64,000 nucleotides of DNA from a virus. The notes under the pieces are model-generated. The model saw nothing but the letters and a program-made list of their open reading frames with translations, had not been told where the DNA came from and made no database searches. Shown here one piece after another: positions 49,401 through 58,459 of the stretch (the stretch's first letter is position 1; each line of letters begins with the position of its first letter). The stretch is taken from positions 2,263 through 66,262 of the IMG/VR virus record IMGVR_UViG_3300025141_000071. The stretch is one strand, 5' to 3'. A program made the position numbers and the translations under genes.

Positions 49401-51280
49401 CGACTGCCACTGTAGCCACTACCTCTCCAACAGACGTCACAACTACCCCAACAGACGCTACTCCAACCACTACAACGGCAACATCCTCCACTACCACGGC
49501 TACCACCGAGCCAACCCTGTCTACTACCACTCCCACTACTAGCACTCCAGGTACCACCACGTCCACTTTTACTTCCACTACTTCTACAGAGGCGACTAGT
49601 ACAACTACGAGCCCAACGGACGCTACTACCACCCCTACACCTTCAACTACCACTCCAACCCAGTCTACCACTCCGCCTACTGATTCTACAACTTCAACTG
49701 CGGTAACCACCACCCCAACGGACGCCACAACTACCCCAACAGCCGCCACAACTACCTCAACAGATGCCACAACTACAGCGACAGTCGCTACGACTCCGCC
49801 TACTACTACTCCTCCAACCTCTCCGACCACTACCCCTTCAACCACTACAGCTACGGTTGCAACTACCACATTAGCAACTACAACCGAAGGTACGCCTACA
49901 ACTACGAGCCCAACGGACTCTACTACAACCCCAACGGACTCTACTACAACCGAAGGTACGCCTTCAACTACGCCTGTTACCACTACGGTTGCTACTACGT
50001 TATCAACGAGTGTACCTACTACACTTCCCACTACAACCTGGACAGACTCTACCCCGCAAACTACGACTCCCACCCAGGCAACGCTTACTACTGCCACACC
50101 TCAAACAATGCCTCCGCAGAACATCTCTACCCAGGAAGGAGGGGGAGAAGATGTGCCCACGGTGACGGAGGCCACTACGGCAACGCCAACATCCACTCTT
50201 CCCTCGACAGTAATAAGCACCTTTACGAATTCAACCACCACACAATCCACCAATACGACTACTACTCCGATAACCCCAGCATCCTTCTCAACCACTGTTG
50301 ACACTGAGACGTCAATATTTACCGTAACACGACTGGAAAAACATCAGTACCCTAGCGATTTTATGGGAGCGGCGTCGGACGATGAGGGAACTCAATTAAA
50401 CTTGGGAGATGACAGCACCATTGAGTTTAGTGGGTTTGGAAGCAAGATTCATATGTGGAATGTTTGTGATACTTCACGAATTCGCGCATCTGTAGTTTCT
50501 ATTAATAAAAACGACCCCCTAACAGAATGTGTTAACAACAACTGGCACGGCCCCACAGGAAGATGGTATAACGGTGCTGCCTGTGATTACTACGGAAAGT
50601 ATGGGTTGTATGCTTTCAATCAATGGACTGAAAACACATTCCGCAATCAAGGAATTTTCCGTATTATGATGGGAGTGCAGGGAGACTTAAAGTCTTTCTC
50701 GGAGCATTATTACCTTGCTGCCGAGAAAGGCTCTTCCGCTATTACTCCCCAACTAGACAACGGAGGCTCACCAGTTGACCAGCTTAATGCCCAAGGATAC
50801 CAAACTGCTTTTGATATAGGACAAACTCTTCCTGGAACAGACATTACGAGTGCTAATGTCGTGGATGAAAATGCATCTTCTGCACTTTCAGGTATTTCTT
50901 ATATGTTTGGAGGTGGATTAGCGGGATACTACCGACAGCCTGGAAGAATTAACGGCATATGGACGGCTGCAACTATTAAAGAGGGTGCTCATATGAAATT
51001 CCAATTCGGTCAACTTCATCCTGCTTTTGCGGTTCCTCCCCTTCGAATGAGGTGGGAGGGATATTTAGACAATATGTTTGACGAAACGGCCTTGTGTACT
51101 TGGGCAAACGCCAAGCACGCGGCAAATAAAAAGGTCGGCCTCCTTTCTGTATACAAATCTAATAAGCTTCCCTACAGGGGAGGTGAAGGTAGAGATGGTA
51201 TGAGTTTAGCAGGTCGGGAGATATCGTTCGGTGAAGGCGTTAGGTCCCTAAATATATTTGAACTTAAACAATTAGTATAA
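46418..51280 (+). CDS. Tail fibre/spike 2: beta-helix-like body with ~380-aa mucin-like Thr/Pro stalk
   Basis: Shares GPTKISRYG, STGGMCVRAV, WHGPTGRWYNGAACDYYGK, ANAKHAANKKV and GVRSLN.F.L..LV with fibre 1. Confidence 0.7.
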   Translation: MSRTYEYYDVTGGEDVITSGFPDVFHYDPSTFYNYTDDNLAATGLEVRDRLLGQAMGFPGSGTYSGVTLLVSSTATADTELGIYTTVQAAIDDVPRVLNYPVNIEIADYGNLGAINITGIKCHGRGALQIEALNYGSDSKAPITQIDAFQQPAPGDFDVATVVSSLPIHNAITTAITQRTSEETFDDTLWAASGRAIAQPTPNTDSEANGGVSFAQTILQTWGFSASLTGEHLFHVDNSRLINFHDYSYSAGPFANVYGQGLSKYYRPIPNTASGTACAAFYGSFFSGVEIKDCNKVKLKGIMVDGGVINDEDPSVIQHLVYERETGLSVTNSNVLLEDVAVVRCLETGILATNSTISVAKNFIVYRVLRQGYTWFANGYAGWPSRFFKDNDNNIYKNSRGIGVYLNHSNLVFDTEEAEDSGLYMRTVTGGCEVGLKSVNSFITGGTRNTIRSSSYSKNGGGADNRTAHLQAYGNNLGFGIYNSLLDFDGRLDSFVNLSGLVSVNSEISVPMFSIDDNQDTGIKLHHSNFYYGKFAEFIDEFGGTSGAAGIPLFQCDWNGVNLDATHDSTVAVHPSVKRYDTVGTWGGNTVVGTEDAGEPILEVSSCSLMRNHGMEPSNLRISKPSILISHNSNADIVGLGYIGNTSNNRTAGKAVKVSENSSVRLLGFKDKWTVITSYGDLSSTAQLHNNWGTAACFADSNSNLELVGPTKISRYGVDVLAENQSKMYVGSPVESGFNLHDNKYGLSDAGNHTCAEFHSSRACLVGNHDSTIKLYGLGASSNTSSVYETPGLYNDTSGGYIAFLPNGFTENILGEDTSSMLTAESLDKYSRNAGFVASGYEDHDTGSTGGMCVRAVNDSSVEVDLVDFKFGMEPSSVSGAFYNWHGTGAEFIDNMENYTPLSNTTHTCWIAQFCCECADTPTTTSSHATTSTATASTPQTPTTTTPTEPTTTEATTTATDVPTTTTTEATTTEATTTTATVATTTSTESTVYTTTATVATTSPTDVTTTPTDATPTTTTATSSTTTATTEPTLSTTTPTTSTPGTTTSTFTSTTSTEATSTTTSPTDATTTPTPSTTTPTQSTTPPTDSTTSTAVTTTPTDATTTPTAATTTSTDATTTATVATTPPTTTPPTSPTTTPSTTTATVATTTLATTTEGTPTTTSPTDSTTTPTDSTTTEGTPSTTPVTTTVATTLSTSVPTTLPTTTWTDSTPQTTTPTQATLTTATPQTMPPQNISTQEGGGEDVPTVTEATTATPTSTLPSTVISTFTNSTTTQSTNTTTTPITPASFSTTVDTETSIFTVTRLEKHQYPSDFMGAASDDEGTQLNLGDDSTIEFSGFGSKIHMWNVCDTSRIRASVVSINKNDPLTECVNNNWHGPTGRWYNGAACDYYGKYGLYAFNQWTENTFRNQGIFRIMMGVQGDLKSFSEHYYLAAEKGSSAITPQLDNGGSPVDQLNAQGYQTAFDIGQTLPGTDITSANVVDENASSALSGISYMFGGGLAGYYRQPGRINGIWTAATIKEGAHMKFQFGQLHPAFAVPPLRMRWEGYLDNMFDETALCTWANAKHAANKKVGLLSVYKSNKLPYRGGEGRDGMSLAGREISFGEGVRSLNIFELKQLV
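49177..50320 (+). repeat. Low-complexity ACN-codon repeat tract (TTTEA, PTDATTT, TATVATT)
   Basis: Degenerate tandem units such as ACTACTGAGGCTACC. Confidence 0.9.
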
Positions 51281-53046
51281 TGGCGAACATCAACAGAAAC
51301 ATTAGATATTACCAACCCAATGACCCTTATTATTGGGAAGTGGATAATCTTCCTCTTACGGACCTTTTAGGTAATGACGTAATTCTCGAAACAAGAATTA
51401 ATGCGCTAGAAGAGTTTTTAGGAGGCTTAGGAGGAGGCGGTGATTCTAAGGGAAGCGTTTCTTTAGCTTCAATCACCGATTTAAAGGCATGGTCAGAACC
51501 CGTGTCGGGTACAGCCACCGACTTTGGAAAAGTTTTTGTTAGACCTGGAAAGTTCCTTTCTAGGATGCAATTACCTGCCACACGCGAGAGCGGCTGGCGT
51601 ATGATGCGCGATAGGTCTGTAGTGTTTAATAACGAAAAGTTCGGGAGTTCCCAGGACGACATGTTAAACACCACGACCCTTACTCCCTTTGTACGGGAAA
51701 GCCAGGGACTGGCACGGACTGCGGTTGTAGAATTTTATTCTAATATAGATGGCACAGATAAGAGTATTCCCATTGAAAGTTTTGACGCTGACGATTTTAA
51801 TGGAGGTTCTGCCCCGTACGAAAGATTAGATTTAATTTACATTAAAGGTTCTAAGGCTTTAGACACAGATGGTGATGCTACTACCACTCCTCCTGAGTAT
51901 CTACAAGCAGCCTTACCTAATGCCGAGCTTGGAGTGATAAAGGGAGCTTATTTTAGAACCGATGCCGCTGGAGGACTTCACACTAACGGAACCCGTTTCT
52001 TAAACCCCCTGGCTAGGATAAATGGCAGGACAACTGGGATGGGTATGCAGGACTTACCTCCCACGACAAATCTTCCTGGATTTGGTACAGTTCCCATGCC
52101 TGATGACCTTAACAACTTTGCGTGGCATACAGTAAGCCCAAGAGACCCGTCATCTTTAGCTTCTATGCAAGTAGAGACACAGGCTTGCTTTACTGTCCCT
52201 GTAGCGTACGTTAGAGTTCCTTCCAATTACACGGAAGGGGACCCTATTTCTCCTGAAAACATTATTGATATCCGCCCGTTCTTTAGAACTACGGAACTAA
52301 CAGGGTCTGAACGTCAAGCAGTTGCTTCTTCTTGGGACCCTCATGGAAATAACCCATTTGTAACTCAAAATCATTTTTTGAGCTACTACACTCCCTTGGA
52401 GAGTAGGGTTACTGTGAATGAGAATGATATTGCTGCCAACTCTGGTAGTATAACAATTAACACGTCTAGAATCATAAACCTAGAAGAAGACACCTCTGCT
52501 TTACAATTATCTGTTAGCGGCACTGGGACTTCTGTAACTACTTCTTCCTTAAATCACGAAGGCCGTATTACTTCACTGGAAACAGCGGCTGGTCAGGGTG
52601 GACCTCAAATATTAGTTGAACGGCATAAGTTTTTTGCCGAACCCATAGCCGTCACGGGTCCAGTTACTACTAATGACCTAGGCAGCGCTGCCTCCCCAAA
52701 AACGTGGACAATCAGCGGGTTCCCTGCTTCGCACGCCCCCAACGTAGTTGCTGTGCAGTTTAATTTACAGTCAGGCTTCGTAGGTAACGATACTGACAGT
52801 ATAAACTACGTGTATATAAAAGGCGGAGGCCAAAATTTCCACTTAATTGGTACCTGGGGAGTCGCTCAGTCTAACGGTGACATACGTCGTAACTCAGGTA
52901 TGGTCAATACTTTCTATGGGGAAGTGGATATTATTCCCGCCTCTGGAGGGGCTGCTACTTTAGAATTCCATACATATGCCAACGGAAGTGCGGATGTTAC
53001 CCATTACATTACAGTGACGGGATATATTGTAGCGGAGAACGCATAA
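51280..53046 (+). CDS. Tail fibre-like protein 3
   Basis: N-terminal YYWEVDNLPLTDL matches FYNWEQDNLPLLDL of fibre 1; heptad coiled coil near the C-terminus. Confidence 0.6.
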   Translation: MANINRNIRYYQPNDPYYWEVDNLPLTDLLGNDVILETRINALEEFLGGLGGGGDSKGSVSLASITDLKAWSEPVSGTATDFGKVFVRPGKFLSRMQLPATRESGWRMMRDRSVVFNNEKFGSSQDDMLNTTTLTPFVRESQGLARTAVVEFYSNIDGTDKSIPIESFDADDFNGGSAPYERLDLIYIKGSKALDTDGDATTTPPEYLQAALPNAELGVIKGAYFRTDAAGGLHTNGTRFLNPLARINGRTTGMGMQDLPPTTNLPGFGTVPMPDDLNNFAWHTVSPRDPSSLASMQVETQACFTVPVAYVRVPSNYTEGDPISPENIIDIRPFFRTTELTGSERQAVASSWDPHGNNPFVTQNHFLSYYTPLESRVTVNENDIAANSGSITINTSRIINLEEDTSALQLSVSGTGTSVTTSSLNHEGRITSLETAAGQGGPQILVERHKFFAEPIAVTGPVTTNDLGSAASPKTWTISGFPASHAPNVVAVQFNLQSGFVGNDTDSINYVYIKGGGQNFHLIGTWGVAQSNGDIRRNSGMVNTFYGEVDIIPASGGAATLEFHTYANGSADVTHYITVTGYIVAENA

Positions 53047-53543
53047 TGAGAAATTTACTTATAGTTATTGCCCTTAGCACTTTAGCGTCCTGCCAAACAT
53101 TAGCAGGCGCTTTGGGGGGAGGTCTTGGAGGTGGCATTGGTGCCGCTCTAGGGGGACCCCCTGCTGCTGCCGTAGGCGCGGTAGGTGGTGTGATTGCTAT
53201 GGAAACCATGGTGGGAGGAAGTTCTCCCGTCGAAGTAGCTGCAACCGCTGCTGGCATTCCACAACCTCAAGGACAGATTGCATCTACTTTGCATGAGTCG
53301 GGAGGTTTAATTGAAAAAGCAGGATGGTGGTGGTTAATCATTTTTGTATTCCTTCCACTCCTGAGAAAAAATGGACGCGATTGGTTTAAAAAACTTGGGT
53401 CTATTCATAAGTCGGTATCCCAGCAGGATATCGAGGAACTTACTAAAAACACAGTTTCGAAAAAAGACGTGGATGACCAACTAGAACGTCTACATAGAAT
53501 GGAGGGAATTCTTTCCTCTATACAAACAAATAAAAAATCATGA
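53046..53543 (+). CDS. Lipoprotein with glycine zipper and a second hydrophobic segment
   Basis: MRNLLIVIALSTLASC lipobox; GxxxG repeats; WWWLIIFVFLPLL. Confidence 0.65.
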   Translation: MRNLLIVIALSTLASCQTLAGALGGGLGGGIGAALGGPPAAAVGAVGGVIAMETMVGGSSPVEVAATAAGIPQPQGQIASTLHESGGLIEKAGWWWLIIFVFLPLLRKNGRDWFKKLGSIHKSVSQQDIEELTKNTVSKKDVDDQLERLHRMEGILSSIQTNKKS

Positions 53544-53947
53544 AGTATTTAAACGAAGAATCTCAGTTTACGCGTGTCTCGGATGCACATGCAAAATCCA
53601 TGATGGAAAGCCTTGGGTATACCGTTCCTGAAAAAACGAACGTTGTTGCTGATGTTTACCTCAGTGAAGGTCGTAGGTTCTCTCTTGCGGAAGAAGTGGT
53701 AGAAGCTGATGATAACGAGCTTTACGTTCGGTTGTCCGAGCTTAACGAAGAAAGCGTTACTCAAGTTGATGAGAGTGGCCGCGAATCTTTGTTAGAGTCG
53801 GTTGTTTTTGAGGACGCAGACTACCTTCTTGAAGGTCTTTATGACGATGGGGAGAACGGTTTATACGCTCGCCTAGTCGCTGAAGGTGTTGAAGAGCCTG
53901 GTGACGAAGACGAAGAAGAAGACGAAGACGAATCTGACGAGGAGTAA
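53540..53947 (+). CDS. Acidic head-associated protein
   Basis: In the head cluster; many LxE motifs; acidic tail. Confidence 0.6.
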   Translation: MKYLNEESQFTRVSDAHAKSMMESLGYTVPEKTNVVADVYLSEGRRFSLAEEVVEADDNELYVRLSELNEESVTQVDESGRESLLESVVFEDADYLLEGLYDDGENGLYARLVAEGVEEPGDEDEEEDEDESDEE

Positions 53948-53949
53948 TT

Positions 53950-55251
53950 ATGGCTAAGAGTATTGCGATGATGGCCGATGAAATTCTAGGGGGGATGCTT
54001 ACTAATAAAGCTACTAACCCGTCCGAAGTATTATCTGAGACGCGAAACTCGGCTGCGGGAGAAGGAGAGCTTCCTGAACTTTCGGATTCAGCCCGTTCCC
54101 AATTGATTGGAGAGTCTTTAGAGTATCTTGACGAGCTTGACCTCTCTCAGCCCGCACAGCGGAGCCCTGAGCAGCAGAAGAAGAAAGCTGAGTGGGAAAA
54201 GAAGAATCGTGAGAAGCGTAACATGCAAGCGCGGTCTCATAGCATTCGCGGTTCTCGTTTAGAGCCGGGTGAAACTCACCGTCAGGCTTCTCATAAGGCA
54301 GGGCGCGGTAAGAAGAAAGGTGAGGCAGGACACGTATCAGACCGCCCTCAAGGTAACGCTTCTCCTAGCAACTCTAGGCATTGGCGACATGAGCTTGAGC
54401 GCACTAAAAACCCTAAAGGTCCTAAAGGCGCGAGTCAAACTCTCATCCCCGGCAAAGGCGGACAAAAGTTCGCTAAGGACGCACATAAGGCTGCTATCAA
54501 CAGAAGCCGCAAAGCACGCGGAGCAACTGAACTTGCAGGAGTAGGTTACATGAAGACTGATAAAACCATGACCCTCATTGATGCCAGCTCTCACCGTGAG
54601 CGCATCGCTAACAAAAAGATGATGGGGAACCGTCCTCTTACTGCCGCTGAAAAATCACAAAAGCGTAAGACTTACAAGCGTAAGCCTGGAACCCTGGATA
54701 GTGAAGCCGCGAAACATGGTTCGTCCGTCGTGGGTCAAAACTATGAAGGTAAAGACAGTAACTGGATTCAAGGCGCTGAAAAAGACATCGAGAAGCGTGG
54801 CACTGAAGGGGTTTGCACAGGCGACAAGTTTGGTGGTCCTAGCTGCCCTCCTGGTTCTAAAAGATATAACCTAGCTAAAACTTTTAAGAAGATGGGCAAG
54901 AAACGCGATAAAGAAACAGTGTCTAAGAAAGAGAAGGCTGAGAAAAATGAAAGCATGTGGAGTAACATGACGCCTGAGCATCTGGATATTCTAAGCAAAG
55001 CTAAGGATATTATTGATGAAATGACTGCTGCTGGTAGCATCGGCACCAATATGGCGGGGTCAGCCAATATTAAGTACGACGTAAACGGTAAGCCTATGGG
55101 TCAGGATACACCCCCTATCGAACCTGTTGATAAGTCTTTACGTAAGACCGACAAGAAAGGTAAAAAGAAAGATAAAAAGAAGAAAGTTTCTATTAAAAAA
55201 GAATCTTTTGAAAATTTCTTATCTTTAGTTGTTAACGAAGCACAAAAATAA
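53950..55251 (+). CDS. Basic internal head / prohead core-like protein
   Basis: Immediately upstream of the protease; K/R/H-rich segments. Confidence 0.6.
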   Translation: MAKSIAMMADEILGGMLTNKATNPSEVLSETRNSAAGEGELPELSDSARSQLIGESLEYLDELDLSQPAQRSPEQQKKKAEWEKKNREKRNMQARSHSIRGSRLEPGETHRQASHKAGRGKKKGEAGHVSDRPQGNASPSNSRHWRHELERTKNPKGPKGASQTLIPGKGGQKFAKDAHKAAINRSRKARGATELAGVGYMKTDKTMTLIDASSHRERIANKKMMGNRPLTAAEKSQKRKTYKRKPGTLDSEAAKHGSSVVGQNYEGKDSNWIQGAEKDIEKRGTEGVCTGDKFGGPSCPPGSKRYNLAKTFKKMGKKRDKETVSKKEKAEKNESMWSNMTPEHLDILSKAKDIIDEMTAAGSIGTNMAGSANIKYDVNGKPMGQDTPPIEPVDKSLRKTDKKGKKKDKKKKVSIKKESFENFLSLVVNEAQK

Positions 55252-55862
55252 TGTTACTTAAAGATATCTTTTCGTTCGGAGAAATCTCTCTGTTATCTGA
55301 AGGACGTTCGAACGGCCCTGTAAAATTCCGTGGAATCTTCTCGGAGGCTGAGAGGCCGAACGGAAATAAGCGTGTTTATAGCCGCACTCTTCTAGAGCGA
55401 GAAGTTAAGAAGCTTCAAGGTCAGATTGGTGACCGCCGACTCTTAGGTGAGTTAGACCACCCTTCAGACGAGATTGTTCACCTCGGGAATGTTTCCCATG
55501 TTATTACAAAGCTTAACATTCAAGGAAATCATGTTATGGGTGAAGGCGAAGTTTTGAATACCCCTGCGGGAAAGGTCCTTACAGAGCTACTTAAAGCTGG
55601 CGTTAAACTTGGTATTTCTTCACGCGGAACTGGGTCCGTAGACTTAGATGAGTCTGGTGCTAATTACGTGGTAGGGGAAAACTACAATATGATTACTTTT
55701 GATATGGTATCAGAACCTTCTAGTCAAGATGCGTTCCCTTCCCTGTCTGAAAGTAAAGAGGTTGTGTCAGAGGCGCGTGAGCCTATCGTGGAAGAACTTG
55801 AACACTTGCATAATGACCGTCTATATATCACTGCATTAAAAAGGAGACTAGGCAAGATTTAA
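55251..55862 (+). CDS. gp21: Prohead protease (T4 gp21-like)
   Basis: NGNKRVY, LGELDHP, VSH, TPAG, GISSRG.GS, FDMVSEPS. Confidence 0.95.
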   Translation: MLLKDIFSFGEISLLSEGRSNGPVKFRGIFSEAERPNGNKRVYSRTLLEREVKKLQGQIGDRRLLGELDHPSDEIVHLGNVSHVITKLNIQGNHVMGEGEVLNTPAGKVLTELLKAGVKLGISSRGTGSVDLDESGANYVVGENYNMITFDMVSEPSSQDAFPSLSESKEVVSEAREPIVEELEHLHNDRLYITALKRRLGKI

Positions 55863-55919
55863 AAATAAAACGCCTATACTCGTTTTAACTAGTAAATAAT
55901 CAAGAGTAGAGAAACTAAT

Positions 55920-56525
55920 ATGAGTAAACACATTGATAAAATTGTCCAAGCCCTCCCCGAAGGTCTCACTGAGACTGGCATCGAGGAAGTGGCTGTACTA
56001 CTTGACGAGGTCGTAGAAGACCGCGTTGCTGAAGAGGTTAAACTACTCGAAGCAAAAGTAAAAGCATTCCTTCGTACTAAACTTGACGACCTTAAAGAGA
56101 CCGCACGTCGGGAACTTGAGGCTGATGACAAGTTAGTTCGTGCGTATAAGGTTTTTGAAGCCGTTAAGACGATTGTCGCTGCTGAACTGGAAAGTGAAGA
56201 TGTACACAGCGCCGTCCGCACATATGAAGTAGAGAACACCCGACTCCAAGGTGAGGTTGAATCAATCAACGGTCAGCTTGAAGAGTCTATTAAAACAGTC
56301 AATCTTTTGGAGTCCAAGCTGGACTACCGAGAGAGTGAACTTAGTCAACTTAGCGAGGCACTTGTAGATGAAAAGGAAAAGGCTGAGATTCCTTTCAAGT
56401 CCTCCGAGTCGGCTGTCATGATTACTAACGAGAGTCATGGTACCCAAAGTCTTCCAGCTTCGGCCCTGGAGAATTTCTTCCTGAACGAGGACGTTATTCG
56501 TTTGTCCAACCTTCAAAGGAGTTAA
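55920..56525 (+). CDS. gp22: Prohead scaffold (T4 gp22-like)
   Basis: Acidic coiled coil between protease and capsid genes. Confidence 0.75.
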   Translation: MSKHIDKIVQALPEGLTETGIEEVAVLLDEVVEDRVAEEVKLLEAKVKAFLRTKLDDLKETARRELEADDKLVRAYKVFEAVKTIVAAELESEDVHSAVRTYEVENTRLQGEVESINGQLEESIKTVNLLESKLDYRESELSQLSEALVDEKEKAEIPFKSSESAVMITNESHGTQSLPASALENFFLNEDVIRLSNLQRS

Positions 56526-56531
56526 AAAATT

Positions 56532-58136
56532 ATGTTAAATAAAGAAATTTCTAATACTCTATGCGAAAAGTGGAGCCCGATTCTTGAAGGTGTTGCCGAC
56601 CAGTACACTCGTGAGACTACTGCCGTCCTCCTTGAGAACCAAGCTCGCCACATTTTAAATGAAGCGCAAAAAGATGGGATGTTATCCGAGGCCACTCCTG
56701 GTCAGGCACCGACATCTGTCGGTACCATCGGTACTTTCCAAAAGTTTGCATTTCCGCTAGTACGTCGGGTTTTCCCCGAATTGATTGCCAACAAGATTGC
56801 TGGCGTTCAGCCGATGCAAGGCCCCGTTTCCCAGATTTTCTATCTTGGTTACGACCGTGCTTCTGAGAACCGCCGTCAAACCATCTACAGCAAGTACAAC
56901 CTCACTTATGGTCAAGGTGCCATTGGTGATGCTACTACTCAGTGGACTGGTGGTGCTCTTGACGCCCTAGGCGCGGCTGCTACCGACCCGAACGTTCTTT
57001 CGGCTCTTGATACTTCTGCTATTAAGGCTACCGAGATGACCGTTCCTTCGGCTACAGTCGGAGGTCAAATCGCTGCGTTCCCTGTTTCAGGTCGCACGGC
57101 TGGTTATGACGTCTCAAGCGGTGAAGTTCTTGGTACGGTGGTTAGCCCGATTAACGGTGACCTTAGTGCTCAACAAAGCTTCGATTCGACTCCGCATGGT
57201 ACTATTCCTGAGATTAACTTCCATATCGAGCAACAGGCTGTCACGGCCCGTACTCGTAAGTTCCGCGCTCTGTGGACCTTGGAAGCGGCTCAAGACCTTC
57301 GTGCCTATCACAACCTCGACCTTGAGCGTGAACTGACTGACCTTCTTGGTAAGGAAGTTGCTCTTGAGATTGACCGTGAGCTTATCGAAGATATGCGTGC
57401 CATTGCGTACGACATGTCAGGCGGTTCTTTCCAACGTACTATGTTGGACCTCCCGAACAGTAACAACATTACTGGCGCGGGTACGAACCAAACTGTCTTC
57501 GACCCGACTGACTTCCTGTATGATACAGTTGGTCTTTCTGGCGCTCCTGGTGGTGGACTCTATCAGACGCAGCGAAACATCTTCTTTGTTGATTTTGCTT
57601 CGACTTCTCTGAACCTTGCACCTCGTCACGTTGGTCAGGCGTACGCGAACCTTCTCGCTACTCTGAACTTTGCTGCTCAGGACATTTACAAGACTACGTA
57701 CCGTGGTGCTGGTAACTGGATTGTTACCTCTCCTATGGTTGCGGCCATTCTTAACTCTGCCTCCAAGCTTGAAGGTGGTGTGAAGGGCAGTAACTGGGAA
57801 GGTCAGCTTGGTGCCAACATTAACTATGCTGGTAAGCTTCAAGGCTTGTTCGACGTTTACGTTGACCCGCTGTACCCTGATGACGAAATCATGATGGGCT
57901 ACAAGGGTTCATCTCCGATGGACTCGGGCTTCGTGTACTCACCGTACATTCCGCTCCAGATGCTTCCTACTATTACGGACCCTGAGACGTTCCAACCTCG
58001 TAAGGGCTTGCTCACTCGCTACGGTAAAGCCGCAGTGACTCCTGAGTCTCGCTTCTTCCGAATCATCCGTCTCATCGGTGCAGGTTCGAACTACATGTTC
58101 CGTCCTGGTATTCGTAACTTCCCGACGCAAGGTTAA
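56532..58136 (+). CDS. gp23: Major capsid protein (T4 gp23-like)
   Basis: EKWSPILEG, LLENQ, GVQPM.GP, WTLEAAQDLRAYH, EIDRE, YSPYIPL, FQPRKGLLTRYG. Confidence 0.97.
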   Translation: MLNKEISNTLCEKWSPILEGVADQYTRETTAVLLENQARHILNEAQKDGMLSEATPGQAPTSVGTIGTFQKFAFPLVRRVFPELIANKIAGVQPMQGPVSQIFYLGYDRASENRRQTIYSKYNLTYGQGAIGDATTQWTGGALDALGAAATDPNVLSALDTSAIKATEMTVPSATVGGQIAAFPVSGRTAGYDVSSGEVLGTVVSPINGDLSAQQSFDSTPHGTIPEINFHIEQQAVTARTRKFRALWTLEAAQDLRAYHNLDLERELTDLLGKEVALEIDRELIEDMRAIAYDMSGGSFQRTMLDLPNSNNITGAGTNQTVFDPTDFLYDTVGLSGAPGGGLYQTQRNIFFVDFASTSLNLAPRHVGQAYANLLATLNFAAQDIYKTTYRGAGNWIVTSPMVAAILNSASKLEGGVKGSNWEGQLGANINYAGKLQGLFDVYVDPLYPDDEIMMGYKGSSPMDSGFVYSPYIPLQMLPTITDPETFQPRKGLLTRYGKAAVTPESRFFRIIRLIGAGSNYMFRPGIRNFPTQG

Positions 58137-58159
58137 TCCTAGCTAGTCGGTAATAGATA

Positions 58160-58195
58160 AAAGAGAGTCGTACTTTTTAAGGTGCGGCTCTCTTT
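58160..58195 (+). terminator. Terminator hairpin after the capsid gene
   Basis: AAAGAGAGTCGTAC / GTGCGGCTCTCTTT stem. Confidence 0.75.
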
Positions 58196-58225
58196 GTCTG
58201 TCTATATACAGTAGAGGTAAAACTT

Positions 58226-58456
58226 ATGATTAAATACACAAACACAAGAGGCAGCACGGTTCGGTTACAGACTTCTCAAGGCGTAGTAATTCTACGTGGA
58301 GAGGAAAGCGTCGAGCTAAACGAAGAGGTTCATCACCCTTACTTTGTCACTAAGACTGAAGTGGTGAAAGTAGCTAAGAAACCTGCCGCCAAGAAACCTG
58401 CCGTTAAAAAGGCAGAACCTAAGAAATCATCCGACGTAAAAAAGACTGAGGAGTAA
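58226..58456 (+). CDS. Small protein with Lys/Ala/Pro-rich tail
   Basis: CTATATA motif and GAGG RBS; AKKP repeats. Confidence 0.7.
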   Translation: MIKYTNTRGSTVRLQTSQGVVILRGEESVELNEEVHHPYFVTKTEVVKVAKKPAAKKPAVKKAEPKKSSDVKKTEE

Positions 58457-58459
58457 TCC

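Noticed and set aside
49198-50097. 299-aa Val-rich minus-strand ORF (also 45152..45454)
   Set aside because: Antisense shadow of the Thr-codon tract, which lacks stops on the reverse strand
42555-53046. Diversity-generating retroelement or invertase-type fibre switching
   Set aside because: No reverse transcriptase, recombinase, adenine-specific TR/VR pair or inverted cassettes in the window
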